From Dipteris shenzhenensis (lineage: Eukaryota): DNA of 64,000 nt. The notes under the pieces were generated by a model. It was not told the origin of the DNA, did no database searches, and saw nothing but the letters and a program-made list of their open reading frames with translations. The stretch lies in assembly GCA_047967505.1 (NCBI GenBank), contig CM106538.1; one strand, given 5' to 3'. Both the position numbers and the translations under genes were made by a program. Shown here one piece after another: positions 1 to 14,144 of the stretch (positions within the stretch are counted from its first letter, which is position 1; every line of letters begins with the position of its first letter).

Positions 1-3000
1 ACCTGGTGGCTGCTCCATAGAGACCTCTTCTTGCAAATCACCATGCAAGAATCCATCTAATGTAAAGACCATCCCTTTGATGCAGCCATAGCAATGACTG
101 CTCTTACGGTTGCCATCCTTGCAACTGGACTGAACGTTTCTTCATAATCAATGCCATATGTCTGTGCATACCCCTTGACAACTAATCTTGCCTTGTATCT
201 GTTCACAGAACCATCTACATTGTGCTTCACCTTATAAACCCACTTACAGCCAATTGCATTCTTGTCTTTAGGCAAAGGCACCAATTCCCATGTAGCATTT
301 GCTTCCAAGGCATCCATTTCTTCATCCATGGCTTTCTCCCATTTTTCTTTTCCCATGGCTTACTTAAAAGAAGTGGGTTCTGGTTCCTATATCACTTTGA
401 CCATATAGGCATAGTGAATGGCTGTAAATCCATCATATTTCAGCCTATCCACAGGATACCTAGCTCTGGTAGACTTGCGCAAAATAGGCTCACTTCTAGG
501 TGCTCTCAAAACGCCCCTGGTCTTCCTTAACTCTAGGTGTAACAATAGAAGGAATACCCAACTCATCATCAATGCTCTGTTCTGAGCCACTGGATTCACC
601 ATCCACATAAGAGTGACCTACATTCACATCAAACATGGGCTGATCTACCTTCTCTTTTCCTTTTCGTGATACCTGCATACCACTATCTGCATTGCTTTGA
701 GGAGATTCTCCTGATCTCAATCTGCTTGTCCATGGCGAAGTATGTGAACCACTGCTAGAGGACACTATAGGTCCACTAATATTTTGTGATTGCTACTATG
801 AATTCTATGCAGCATTACCATTTTGTGCATCTATATCATCAATCACATTTACTGGTTTATACCATCTGCTCATCTCATCAAAAACAACATCTCTGCTCAC
901 TGTAAACTTATGAGTAGAAGGGTTATAGCATCTATACCCTTTCTGCTGCAGAGAATAACCAATAAAGATGCACTTCTCAACTTTTGGATCCAACTTGGAC
1001 CTCAACTCATCTGGCACATGAACATAGGCAATGCAACCAAAAATTTTCAAATGAGAAATATCTGGTTTCCTACCAGTATACATCTCCTCTGGCGTCATGC
1101 CATGTATTGCTGCAGTGGGAGTCCTATTCATTATGTAAAGTGCTGTAGCAACTGCTTTAGCCCAACAATAATCTGGTAGGTATTTAGCATGGCTTGAGAT
1201 ACCTCTCCAATATGCCTGTTTTTCCTTTCTGCAAGTCCATTTTGCTGTGGGGTATGACTACAAAATATTGCTGCTCTTGCAAGAACCTTGCAAACTCATT
1301 TAAGAGGTACTCTCCCCCTCCATCTGACCTTAGGCATTTTATTTATAGGCCTGTTTCTTTTTCAACCATACCTTTAAAAGCTTTGAAATGCCCAAACACT
1401 TCACTTTTCTTTTTCATAAAATGCACCCAAACTTTTCTACTGTAGTCATCAATAAAAGTGACAAAATAATGACATCCTCCAATAAATGCAGCTTTAGTAG
1501 TCCACACATCAGAGTGGATTAATTCCAATGGCTTCTTACTCTCTTGAACATGTCTAGGAAATGGTTTCCTTGCCTGTTTTCCAAATTGACAGGCTTCACA
1601 TACCTTATGCATTTCTGCAACCTTGAATTTAGGCAATCCTGCAACAATGTTTTGGGCCTGCATTGATTTAAGTCACTGTACATTAACATGACCAATGCGT
1701 TTATGCCAGATATCAATATCTGCAACTACACCGGTCCCATGTGCAAACATTGCTGCACTCAATTCAGGCATGTCCGCATCCAACGTAAACATCCTGCCCT
1801 TCTTCTTTCCTTTTGCTATCAAGCAACCGTTATTTTTCATATCCTCAACAAAGCATTTATGAGGATTAAATCTAACCTGCAAGCCCTGCTCAACCATTTG
1901 ACCAACAGAAACCAGGTTCTTGGTGATATTCGGGACATGAAATACATCTAACAGGTATTTCTTTTTCCCATCCTGAATAGACAAAGGAATTTACCAATCT
2001 GCACAATAGGATGTGCAGTATCATCACCAGTCTCCACAAATCCTGGTCTTTCCATTTTCCTTGCATCCTGCATCCATTTTGCATGACATGTCATGTGGTT
2101 TGATGCACCTGAGTCAACATACCACACATCATTACTTTCTTCTGCACTTGTCACAGAATTGGTCATGTGCTGCACCATAAATAAATGCTCATTTCTGTCT
2201 TCACCCTGTCTACTAGAGGATGCATAATTTCCTTGCTGCAAATTTCCATTCATAATGTCATTCTGCTTTTTGTAGAAGTCTTTAGCCATATGACCCATTT
2301 TACCACAATAGTACCATTCAACATTGTTGTTTGCATTTTGGCCTCTCTGCCATCCACCACGACCTCTTTGGCTCCCCCTGCCTCTAGAGTTACCACGTCC
2401 TCCTCCAAAGGACTGGTTTTCTTGAGTTTGCTGCATATTCTGATTTCTACCATGGCCTCCAGATCGGCCTCCTCTACCTCTTCCAGCATTTGAGTAGAAG
2501 ACAGTTTCTTTTGAAATTCCTCTTGAAGAAGATGCACCACCATTTCTCTGCTCTTCAAAAATTAGAAGAGCAAACAACTCCTCAAAATTAGGAAATTTTT
2601 CACGGACGGCAATGGATGTCCGGAACTGTGCATAATCCTTTCCTTGACCATTCAAGGTCACAGAAACTAGATCATCATATTCCACTGGCGACCCAATGGA
2701 AGCAAGTGCATCTGCAATTTTCTTCACCTTCATGTGGTAGTCATTGATGCTCATATTTTCTCTCTACACATTGTGCAACTCCTGCTTGAGCTGCATTTTC
2801 CTGGCTTGTGTATTTGTGCTGTACATTTTTGCCAAAGTATCCCATGCCTCCTTTGGCGTACTTGCATCCTGAATATGCACAATCATAGAATCCGAAATAT
2901 TGATAGACAGCCAGTACATAACTTTTCTGGCTCTCTCATGCCATCCTTTAAATGCCTGCATTTCCTATTGATTGGGAACATTGGGAAGAATTGGTTCTTC

Positions 3001-4001
3001 TTCATTTCCTGTAATGAACTCCCAATAGCCTTTTCCCATAAGGAAATTTGTTATTCTAAACTTCCATGCTTGGAAGTTATTCTTGTCAAGCTTTTCAGTG
3101 ACAATCTGTGAAAGAGAATCAGATGCCATTACAAAACACTGCAAAATATTCTATCACTGCAAAAAACACAGCTTCTATCTCACACGAGCAAATCTGCAAA
3201 ACTGACAAAAGTGGTATTTGACCACACAGTCACTTCCTAGTGACGATTTTGCATCAACAGGCAATAAGGATGATTCTATAACTCCTAGTATCTCTGCGTA
3301 CAAGCACGTACAAGCATACGATGCAATTTCTGCGGCAACTTTTCATCGACCTACAGAGCAGTGGTTGCACAGCAAAAATAGGGCCTTTTTTTAAGTGCTT
3401 GCGGAGAACTTCCGCCTCCAAAATGGGCCTCGAAATGGCCTCGCATATATTGGCCTCTCACCACACCGTGAAGGGTGTTTCAATCTGAGACAATGCAGTC
3501 TTGCACTTTTTGGCTGTGCTACTACAGAGATTTGCTACCAAACTCGAAAAAGGAAAGCAACACTGGTCCTCTTACCAGGACACTACGAACTTGGTTTGCT
3601 TTCTTGAGCTCCTTACCACGAACCAGGCTCTAATACCATGTGAAGATAGTGGGAGAGAGGGAAGGAGTCTCACTTGCGGCTTTCTCACATACACAATGGG
3701 GGAATACACACAAAGGTGGAGGCTGAAAACAGTTTTCCTCTTCTTAGTTGTGAAAGCCAAAAGAAGTCTAGTACAAAGAAATAGGAGAACCCTATATGTG
3801 GGTCTCAAACCAAACTCAGCTAACTAAGGTGGCATACTAACTGAGCCACGAACTAGAGTACATAAGGATAGCTGTCATCTAGCTATTATTCATGGGCGGT
3901 GTACGAACCGCGTACGAACCGCATCTGCAGCTAACAAGTCGGTGACATAAATGCACAACGATCACCCTGGCATATCACGAGTGGAGCTCGATATCTCAAC
4001 A
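1..4001 (-). mobile_element. Degenerate Ty1/copia LTR retrotransposon (copy D, same family as 52447-57891); runs off the left window edge
   Basis: Fragmented gag (KLDKNNFQAWKFR), protease (WYVDSGASNHMT), GAG-pre-integrase (WHKRIGH), integrase (IHSDVW, FIDDYSRK) and RT ([23 protein letters not shown]) with stops and frameshifts. tRNA-iMet-type PBS (TGGTATTAGAGCC) at 3626-3638 next to the 5' LTR. Confidence 0.95.
3639..4001 (-). repeat. 5' LTR of copia copy D (363 bp)
   Basis: TG...CA termini, directly adjacent to the PBS. The end GATATCTCAACA is shared with the family LTRs at 23363, 52744 and 57891. Confidence 0.85.
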
Positions 4002-4234
4002 TGCCTAGTTAGGTGTCAGTAGGTGTGATTGAGTGAATCTAGGTCTGTGGTGTGTGATTGAGAGAATCATGGAACTGATTGAGAGATTTGTGGATCTAGA
4101 TGCTCTACTGAGCTGACATACAATGTCACTACTCTATGTAACTTGTGTCTATATATATATTGGGCATGTCTCTCATGAATAAACTCTCCCTTTTGCTTCA
4201 CTTGTTGAATCCTTCTTGTTACTCCAACAGGTAT

Positions 4235-5700
4235 ACTGTACAACTTTGGGTGGAACACCCTTCATATCCATATATGTCCATGAAAAATAGTCTTAAAACT
4301 CATGCAACAAAGCAAGCAAGGCTTGTTCTTGCTCGAGGGTCAAATCATAAGCTATGTAGACCATCTTGGGGTCTTCACCCTCCTTAACAAAGTCCACCTC
4401 CTTGACCTTGGTGGGCCCGTCATACCCGTACTAGTTGCCTTGCTTGGCCGTCCTTTTGGCCTGTTCTAGGAGTATCTTATGGTCCTGTATCATATAATTT
4501 TGGGAGAAATCAAGCTCTAGCATCAGAGCATACTAGTGCTCATCTCAATCCTCTCCCATGTCCTTCTTGGTACAAGCTTGGAACACATTTATGGGTGTAG
4601 TACATTGGGTAGTGTTTGATTCGGTTGCAAATAAATTGCCGGTCATGGGGTAGGCTTTCTAGGTTTGTAAGTTGGCCCTTATAATTTGCTCACCCTTGTG
4701 TAGATAAATCCTATTTGAGACCCAGTCATGGACTAGATCTGTGGCACACATTAAGTGTCTTCCTAGGATGACCTCATAGCCATCCGACTACCCATGGAAG
4801 TCCATCACAATGAATGAAACCCAGTAGGTGAGACCAAATGTCTTGATCTTTATGTCCTTCAGGACTCCCAGTGGCTGAGCCGTAGCACCATCAGCTAGTT
4901 TTACAATTAGGTTGGTGCTCTCCATTTTAGGCTTCCCCAATCTTGCCTAGCACTACTTTGTAACGATGCTAACACTCGATCCACCATCCAATATTGCCAT
5001 GGCCTTCTTATTTTGGTAGAAGATTGGAATGACAATGTTCGTGTCATCACTCTCGAAGTATTGACCCAGCTTGTTGACTGGTATCTTCAGCAATTTGGCT
5101 CTTCAGCTAGGGCTTTGACTTCCTCGAGAGCCAACTCTTCTAGGACAACCATCTGTCCATTCATCCAATTGAAGAGATCTCTCCAAAGGATGGGTTTTCG
5201 TCTGTGGACGGGAAGGCATCAAGCCCCGTAACATCTCAAGGTTGGACAATTGGTTCTCAGTCTTTAGACTGTGGTTCTTCAAACCCACCGTAAAAGGATA
5301 TGGGGTCCTCATATACCGCTTGTTTCCAACAAGTAGGGTCTTCATCAAACATCTTATGATGAAGGGTGATGTTGTATTTGCAACTATCTCATATTTAGAG
5401 TAGGCAAAGGCCTTAAGGCCCTTTTTGGGGTCTGGTGGTTGGGATGGAAGGTATCCATGCCTTTGTTAGTCCTGAGCCACTCCTTAAATCTTTCCTAACG
5501 TTCTCGAACTAACTATTGTGCCTCTTCCAGGCATTCCTTTTCCATGGCTAGGTCAGGGTATTCAATCTAACCCACTGGTCCTGTCTATGTGGCTACACTA
5601 CCCTTGCCCTATTCTTCTCCTAAGGCCATGGTGTAGCGGGGTTTAAGATTGATCGTGCAGGTCTCGATGATGTCAAGGTGGAGACTATTATAGTCTTCTC
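4235..5700 (-). mobile_element. Degenerate Ty3/gypsy-type protease to RT-N fragment
   Basis: Minus-strand translation gives ILDGGSSVSI..VKLADG..EVILGRH (aspartic protease) and VKEVDF..VYIAYDLTLEQEQALLALL..WTYMDMKGV (start of RT). Homologous to the plus-strand copy from 6030. Confidence 0.75.
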
Positions 5701-7020
5701 ATCCGAGTTGCTCTAAATGATGACCCGCCGATCTGAGACTTTTCCTACCTAAACTGCACTAGCATGGCCCTTACTCTTAGATTGTGAGGCCATTGCTGAG
5801 AAGGGAACTAAAAAACTAGGCTTAGAGAGATAAGGAAACTTCAACCCAATCTAGGGAAAAGGGTTGTTCAGGAGCCATCAAAATCAGAAAGGGATTGAAT
5901 AAGGTTATCACCCAGAGTGGGTCTGATGAGGACATTGCCACCATATCCACTTCCACGTCATCTATAGGTACCTGCTCCATGCTGCACTGATCCAACACTT
6001 GGCTTGAGAATGTAGGTAATGCAAAAGGGGAGTGGGAATTAAGCTTCGATCATGCACAATGAATAGCCCGACTCTACAATTGAGAAGCAACACCTTGAGG
6101 AGGCACAACAACTCGTCCTTGAATGCTAGGAAGGATTTGAGGAGGGGTAGGGATACCATACACCCAAGCCACCAAACCCAAAGAAAAGCTCCTAAAGCCA
6201 ATCCTACACTAGAGAAGGTAGAGGAGGAGGGTTCAGAAGACACTTCGGAAAGGAAGTCACTCTTAAGGCACAATATGTTCAAGGAGAACCCTAGGTGGCA
6301 CCAGGCTACGGAAGAGGGCCCTATGCCATTTTATGGCTTTGAAGAACCACAATTGAAAGGTTGAGAACCCATCACCCAACCTCGATATGTATTAGTGCTC
6401 ATCACTTTTCTATCCACAGCCATTAAGATGCCTGTAGTAGCAGCCCTATTAAGGGGGAATCCTCTCCTCTGGAGAGACCTCTCTGACTGGATGAATGGAC
6501 AAGAAGTGGAAATCCCCATAGAGGAACCAAACTTACTGAAGGTCTCGATTAATAAATTGGGCCCATACTTCGAGAGTGATGACACCAATGCCAAGCTCCC
6601 AATTACCTACCAAAACAAGAATGCCACAACAATCTTGGATGGAGTTGGTGTTAGCATCATCACTAAACAATGCTAGGCTAAATGGGAAAGCCCTGTCCTT
6701 GGAAACACCAACCTGGTTGTCAAATTAGCCAATGGAACAACCAACCAACTAGTAGGGGTGTTGAGGGACATTAAGATCAAAACCTTAGGCCCTACCTACC
6801 ATGTGTCTAGTTTGTCAATGAATTTCCATGGGCGGCCATATCGTTATGATGTTATTTTGGGAAGACCCTTCATGCACGGAGTAGGTCTGGTCCATCAGTG
6901 CTCCAATAGGATCTAGTTGCGCAATGATGATCAAACCATTTGGGGCCTCCAAAGATGGAGGGCCCACCCCTTAACCGACAACTTATTTACTGCCACTGAG
7001 TCGAATACTACCTAGAGAAT

Positions 7021-8878
7021 GAGTGAAAAATTTAGGTGAGCGGCTGCAATTTTGGCAAGCGAACCTAGGCAAGCGGTTGCAATTTTAGGTGAGCAATTGC
7101 AGTATTTTAAGTACTTTTTGTAGTTTAGGTAAGCAATGGCCCCTTCCCTCAATTATGCACTATTTTTTTCCCTTGATCATAGCATGGGTATGATGCGACC
7201 TAAAAACCCTAGGACTATAAAAATTGCCTCCATTGCAAGGGGTTTAGGGTTATAGATAAGGTAATTGTGTATAGATATATATATGCTTATATACATAGAG
7301 AGAGAGAGGATAGATAGATAGATATGCTCACCTCAAAAGCCTGCATGTCTTGCCCTCTATTGCTCTCTACTGCCATCATTTTCTTTGTGCACTGGCTTAA
7401 AGTGCTCCAAAATTTTATTGTCATGAGCCAAATTATGGCTTTTGGTCGACAATAATCGTAGATTAGCTCATGAAAAAAAATTGATGTAGTTTGAGCCAAA
7501 GCAGTTGAAGTAAATGTACCCAAATGCTTTTAGTCCATGAGCCAATCTGTGGCTTTTGCCGGGGAAAGCCCTAAACTAGCTCATGACCAAAAAACAAATT
7601 CCCTAATAACTTGGCCCATATGACTCCAAACATGGCCATGTTTGCAGTCAAAATGACCACAATGATATGAATAAGTCCATTTCTCATGTTAGAATGTTAA
7701 AAATTTACAATTTTAAAAAGATTTATTTAACATACTGAACTTTCCATGAGCTAGTCTAGGGTTTTCACTGGGCGAAAGCCCCAAACTGGCTCAAAACCAA
7801 AAAATAGTTTCCCCATGACTCGGTCCATATGACTCTAAATATGGTCATGTTTGTAGTCAAAATGATTGGAATGATATGAAAGAGCCCATTTCTCATGTTA
7901 TATGGTCATGTTGGCAACCAACATGACCATATAACATGAGAAATGGGCTCTTTCATATCATTCATATCATTGTTGCCACCATGACCATATAACATGAGAA
8001 ATGGGCTCTTTCATATCATTCCGATCATTTTGACTACAAACATGACCATATTTAGAGTCATATGGACCGAGTTATGGGGATTTTTTTTAAATCACGAGCC
8101 AGTTTGGGGCTTTTGCCGGGCAAAAATGCCAGATTGGCTCATGGAAAGTTAAAATAAAACTTTTTAAATTTACAAAATTTTGACAATCTAACATGAGAAA
8201 TAGACTCATTCATATCATTGCTACATTTTGACTGCAAACATGGCCATATTTGGAGTCATATGGTATGGGAAAACATTTTTTTAGTCATGAGCTAGTCTAT
8301 GGGATTTTGCCCGATGAAAGCTATAGATTGGCTTATGACTAATTAATCTACATTTTCTTCAATTACTTTGGCTCAAACTTCTTCAATTTGACACCATAAC
8401 TTGGTCTATATGACTCCAAATATGGTTATATTCATAGTCAAAATGATTAGTGTATATGAATGAGTCCATTTTTTATGTTATATTGTCATATGAAAGAGTC
8501 CATTTTTTATGTTATATTGACTAGGTTTGGCATGGAGAAGACTAGTCAATACCGTATCTCATACTAATCTTGCCATAGAGTAGGGTCCTTCGCTTGCCTA
8601 AACTACTAAAAGCTCCAGATTAAATGTGACCGCTCGCCCCAGGGGGTCCACTAGGGTTTATCGTATGGTACCACATGAGTGTAAGGGAGGGGGGTTATAT
8701 AAGGGAAGCAAGGTACATTTTATAAGGTAAGATCCCGTAAATAGGGGGTAGATAAGGGGAATTTTCATATATTTATTGCACACAGGTGATGTCTCCTTAT
8801 TACTACTAGTGAATCCCCCATGCCGCTTGCCTAAAATGTGACCGCTCGTCTAGTTCCGCTCACCTAAACATTTTCCCC
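7021..8878. mobile_element. Non-autonomous TIR/foldback DNA transposon, Mutator-like
   Basis: Ends are inverted copies of G-rich ..TTTAGGTGAGCGG (7021-7043 and 8856-8878). Degenerate 9-bp flanking duplication CTAGAGAAT / CAAGAGAAC. Many internal inverted copies of CATGAGCCAATCTGTGGCTTTTGCC. No coding capacity. Confidence 0.65.
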
Positions 8879-9573
8879 CAAGAGAACCACCTCCCTAAAT
8901 GTATTCCAAGCTTTCAATAAGAAGGATCTCGAGACAAGCACTGGCATGCTTTGCTGCCAGAGGCCGAGTTCTCACAAAACTGGATGCATGTCCTTGCTAC
9001 AATAGATGTGGTTGAGAGGACAGGGACAAAAATGGCAGCCCATGATCCCCATATGCCTAGGAAAATAGTTCTTCTAAATATGATTAACATCCTCATGTCA
9101 CCATAAGAGGTCCAAGGGGTGCAAAAAACAAAGACGTGCCTTCATTGGTTGAGGTATGTGGGTGCCATCATCACCACATACCATGAGTTCTCGACTAATT
9201 GGGGAGCTAGGCTAGATAGAATAAAGGCTCCATTAGGATCCTTAAAAGCAAAGGGGATGCCTCTATTTACAACAGAGCCCCCACTGGAAGTTGATCCACC
9301 ATGGAAGGATAAGTCTCCAGAAGCCACAACCCCAAAGACTCCTTCCCAAGAGAAGAAGCCACAACCCCAAAGACTCCTCACCGAAGGTCTTGGAAGATGA
9401 AGAGGAAGAAGAGGAGGCTGATTTATGCCAGGTCCCCAATCACTTCAAGGCATATACAATCGAAGACTGCTAGATACTTCTCAAGCAGGCCGAGTGAATT
9501 GGAGAAGGGAAGCATCAAGGGTATGATAGTTTGTCTAAGGTCAAGGAAGTGGACCTTGCATTAGACAATAGAG

Positions 9574-11646
9574 GCAGTTTCCTTCTCATAAGTGGCACAC
9601 AATTCTTCCACAAATCTTTCGTAGTCTACTCATTTACTACTGTAAAATAAACTGACTCTGCAAGATGAAGTCTAATAGTAGACTTTGCTAATGCATCCAA
9701 CTCATTCCAATCATCCTCAGACATATTTGCAGGCTTAGCTTCAATCCCTGCCAAGGGTTTAATCTGCTTCTTTTGAATAAGCACATCCCTTATCTGTTCT
9801 TTCCACAAAGAAAAGTTTGTCCCATCAAACTTTCTAATGTTGAAAAACTCCTTTTCAGACATGGAAGAGGACGCCATAATGCAAATAAAACAAAATCCCA
9901 AATGCTAGTGCATACAAGAGAGAATCACACCAAATACTAGGTGCACCCAAATGTGTATGCCACAATAGAGTGAAATATCACCAAAACTCAAAGCTCAAAG
10001 CATCAAAAGATGCATCTGACTCATGTGCATATACTATGCATCCATATGAGCAAATCTGGCCCAAAAGAAAATGCCAACTGCAATGGCAATCCAAAATGCC
10101 AATAAGTGCCAAATGACTCAAGCATAAACACCGTCCACTGGCATATGCATCAATAATGTCTCATCTAAGAGAGCATAGCACTATCAATGCATCACCTGCA
10201 ATGTGTCAAAGCTGTCCCCCAGCATAAAATAGCATCCATGTGCAAAGCGTCCATAAAAAATAGCATCCCATAAGGCAATTTGGGCCTATCAGCGCATCCA
10301 ATAAGGACCGCAATGCATCCAAATGGCCTACAAATCATCCACTACAACCAAATGCACACCACGAATGAGCGCACACTGCACTGCAACCAGAGTGATCTGC
10401 ATAAGGTATGCTCAGGAAATCATGGTCCCACGATAATGACTGCTACTGAAAATAGAACCTGAGATGCCGCAAAACATGGGTGCCATTGCATAATCGGAAC
10501 CAGCAAGAAAATCTGCAAATATCTCTCTTCTGCTAAAACTCCAAAATCCCAACCGATGAGTGAGAAATGGGAGTCAATACTTATCCACTGCCATGTGGCA
10601 TAAATCTAAGGTTTCAAAACCTTAGAATGAAAAATGCATAATAGAGAGATGAAATCAAATACACAGAGATCTATAACTCTGAAAATCCTCCACCGAATCG
10701 CACAAGAACTGACAGGTAGGGGTTTTTGGGTGTCCGAAACGCAATGGGATAGACGGTTTTGGAAACCGTGGTCTCAATCACTGGGTCCAACACACGGACT
10801 GAAAAACGTTTTTGGAAACAAAGCTATTTGTAAACTCCACCGGAGTGCGAATGATGAGCAACATAGAAGTTTTAGGACCTCCTGAGTCCACCGGAACTGA
10901 CAGATCTACAAATGATTGCTCCAAACTTGAGTTCCAACACCCGGGCAAAAAACGTAGAAACTGACACAGTGAGTCAGAAATCCAATGAAATGATTACGGA
11001 TTCAAGAATAAAGATGTTTCCAAGCTCTTGAAGTGAAGTGGACACCAAAAACAAGCAATAGTTGCCTTTACAAGTCAATATGGAGTCTCTGTCATCGAAC
11101 AGAACAAGGAAAAGCTCAAAAAACGACTTTTTCTTTGAAAACTCTTAACAGGCTCTCAAAACCACTTTGCAAAACCAAAGTGACTTTTCCAAAGGTTCCT
11201 CCAAGGTCTCTGCACACTCGGATGTAAGTAAAGCTACCCACAAAGCTTCCCACAGAGGTTCTCCTTCCTCCCACAGAGCTGCTCAGCTTCAAGCATTCAC
11301 GCACGCTCAGCTAGATCACCCGAGCTCTGATACCAGTTGAGAGTGCTCTCAACGGAAGCAAGAACGGAAGAAGGAGAGAGAGAGACACAGAGCCACAAGT
11401 TTTGGTGGGTGCAGAACCACCCTAATCTTCTTTTTCATTCATTTATATATGTGTTTGAGTATTGTACATAACCGGGGTAAAGGCACAATGACCTTTAACC
11501 CCCACAACCCCAATCCCACACCAACTGATATTACCCCAGTGGAGTCGAGATAGCCCAGCCGACTATAGAGTCGAGCCCCTTCTCCCCCCCTACGGTCAGG
11601 AGGTCCTTCTACCTCACATAGCCGCCGGTGTACTCCCGTGCCATCA
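9574..11646 (-). mobile_element. 5' part of a second copia family (Tnt1/Tork-like gag): LTR, PBS, long leader, truncated gag
   Basis: Gag N-terminus KFDGTNFSLWKEQIRDVL..AKSTIRLHLAESV at 9626-9877. PBS TGGTATCAGAGC at 11324-11335. LTR ~11338-11646 with TG...CA ends. The host gypsy RT resumes at ~11647. Confidence 0.8.
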
Positions 11647-13199
11647 AGAGTAAACCAGTCTATATAGCCGATGAACTCTCCCTTGAGCAAGAGAAAGCTC
11701 TAATTACACTCTTGTAGGAGTTCTAGGATTTATTCACTTGGAAATATACCGACATGAAGGGTGTTCTTCTTGAGGTTGCACAACACACCATCCCCATGAT
11801 GGATGGCATAAAACCGTTGCTACAGCAGAGACCCTACCCGATGAATCCATAGTACATGACGATCATTCAGGAAGAGATTCAAAATTTGATCATTGTAGGA
11901 TTAATCCATGATATTGAGCATACAGATTGGGCATTGTCAATAGTCATAGTCCTGAGAGAGAATGATAAGATTAGAGTATGCATAGATCTCAAAAAATTAA
12001 ATGCAATGACTCCTAAGACCACTATCCACTGCCCTTTATGACCACTATCCACTATCCATAGATCTCAAAAAATTAAATGACTTCTAAAGACCACTATCCA
12101 CTGCCCTTTACGAAGCATGTCTTGGAGAGGATCATTGGCAAGGATGCTTATAGCTTCCTAGATGGGTTCTTGGGATATAACTGAGTGTCCATTATGCCAT
12201 AGGACTAGCACAAACTATTGCTGCCATGGAATGGGGAGTTTATGCCTCAAAGATGATGCCTTTTGGGCTCACTATAAGCTCCCACGACATTCCAAAGGCT
12301 TATGATTATGGCATTCAAGGAATACGTGAGGGAATTCCTCGAGGTTTTCCTAGATGACCTGTGTGTTCATTCCCACTGGGATGATCACCTCAAGTACCCG
12401 AGACTAGTGTTTGAATGATGCCATCTCTATCGGATTTCCCTCAATCTCTTGAAGTGCCAATTTTGGGTTAAACATGAGGTCATCCTAGGACATGTTGTGT
12501 CCAAGAACTGTATCTCCACAGATTATAATAAAATCAAACTTATCCTAGAGTTACCCCCATCGACCAATGCAAATGGTGTACAAAGGTTTACTGAGCACAT
12601 AGTCTACTATCGTAGATTCATATACAACTATGTCAAGATTGTCCACCCATTGTACAAAGTGCTGGTCATCTTCTACTGGACGGAAGAGTGTTAAACCTCA
12701 TATGAAACCCTTAAACTTGTCCTAGCCTCAACACCGATCTTGCGAGTGCCCATATTGATTCTTTGAAGTTTGCAATTCGAAGACATGTTGAGGATAGTGT
12801 AAATTGCACTCTCTAGATAGGGCTCATAAGGTAAACCCTAACCCTAATCCTAAGGGGTTCTCATGTATATATTCATGTTTATGTTCAATACAACATAGTG
12901 GACATATAGCTATAATGTGTGCTCTATGGATGGCTATATTAATGGTAGTAAGCTTAAGTGCTACTACCACCCCTTAACACAGCAGACATTACATGCCATC
13001 CATCAAGAATAGGAACTTCAAAAGAATATTGCTCAAATGAAGCGGCAAGCGTCAGAAGAGGCTAGAGTGCGTCAGGCCAAAGCAAAAAATTTAGGGCTTA
13101 TATCAATTTATATAAAACATCAGTGGAACGGTTAAACCCCATGGAGGACCTGACTATCACCCTTACAAGGGTACAAGCCAATTTCAAGCTATGCAAGGA

Positions 13200-13560
13200 A
13201 ACAATATGCTCTATCGATGCCTTCATCAATTTTGGTGCCAGCTACAACTTGATCTCTTAAGAAATGTGTACAAGGCTACTAACATTTAAGGTAACCATGA
13301 ACCCACACTTGTTATGGTATGTGCAGTAGATGGAAAAATCGTGGCTGCTATAGGTCGCATCAAAATTTCTTTACCTGTTAATAACCATTGCATGGCAAGT
13401 ATATTTTATGCTATGCAAGCAGGTGCCATGGATGAACAGGTCATTTTCGGACGAACATGGTGTTGGGCAATGAACTGCCAAATTGATTGGCGAGAACATA
13501 CATCAACTCTAACTAATAACGATCGCACCTTAGTTGTGTCCAAATCAATGAAGTGACTTC
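13200..13560 (+). pseudogene. Retroviral-type aspartic protease remnant (gypsy-like deletion derivative)
   Basis: AFINFGASYNLIS..AVDGK..IGRIKI..VIFGRTW fits a degenerate D(S/T)GA...ILG retropepsin pattern. Purine tract GAGGGTGGGG near 14123. Confidence 0.5.
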
Positions 13561-14144
13561 CATTCCAGTATCCCCCATAACAAAGCAGCATGATAAATAG
13601 CCTATGATCCCAGCAGTCCTAATTGTGGCTCCCTTATCTACTACATCTACTACTTTGAATCTAATTGCATCCATACCAAGAAAAAAGAATGGGTTTATCA
13701 TAGATAGCTGCACCAAGCATACATAAAGGCAAGAGCTTCTACTAGCTCCCAAAGGATGCAATCTCCACTTCTACCTCCTAGATCATGCCGAGACAAAGTA
13801 GGATGCAGTTTTTGCCACTTCAATCCCATTCTCCATCCATGAAGGTTCAAGCTAAGCGACGGCGGAAGACCATTATTACATAAAAGAAACATTCCTTTGT
13901 ATTGATGTACCAATCAAGGTTTTCAAACACATATCCTTTTGTTAAACTCATTGGATGAGATGGAATGCATTTTTGTTTTCTTGTATCTTGATCGCTTGTG
14001 TCCCAGGTCTTATAAAATAGTATAATGGCATAGAAGGATTTGAATTTTAATTAATGATATGTCACTTTAAATCGGTATGGTTATTTGAGGCATTGCTTGT
14101 ATCACACAAGGCACTCATTTTGAGGGTGGGGCATTGAGGCATAT

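Larger units (their letters stand above)
6030..12750 (+). mobile_element. Degenerate Ty3/gypsy pol (protease, RT), interrupted by two nested insertions
   Basis: Protease at 6600-6900 (ILDG..VKLANG..YDVILGRPF). RT at 11650-12750 (WKYTDMKGV, IRVCIDLKKLN, FLDGFLGYN, MPFGL, FLDDL, KCQFWV..LGHVVS). The sequence resumes after the 7021-8878 and 9574-11646 inserts. Confidence 0.85.
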
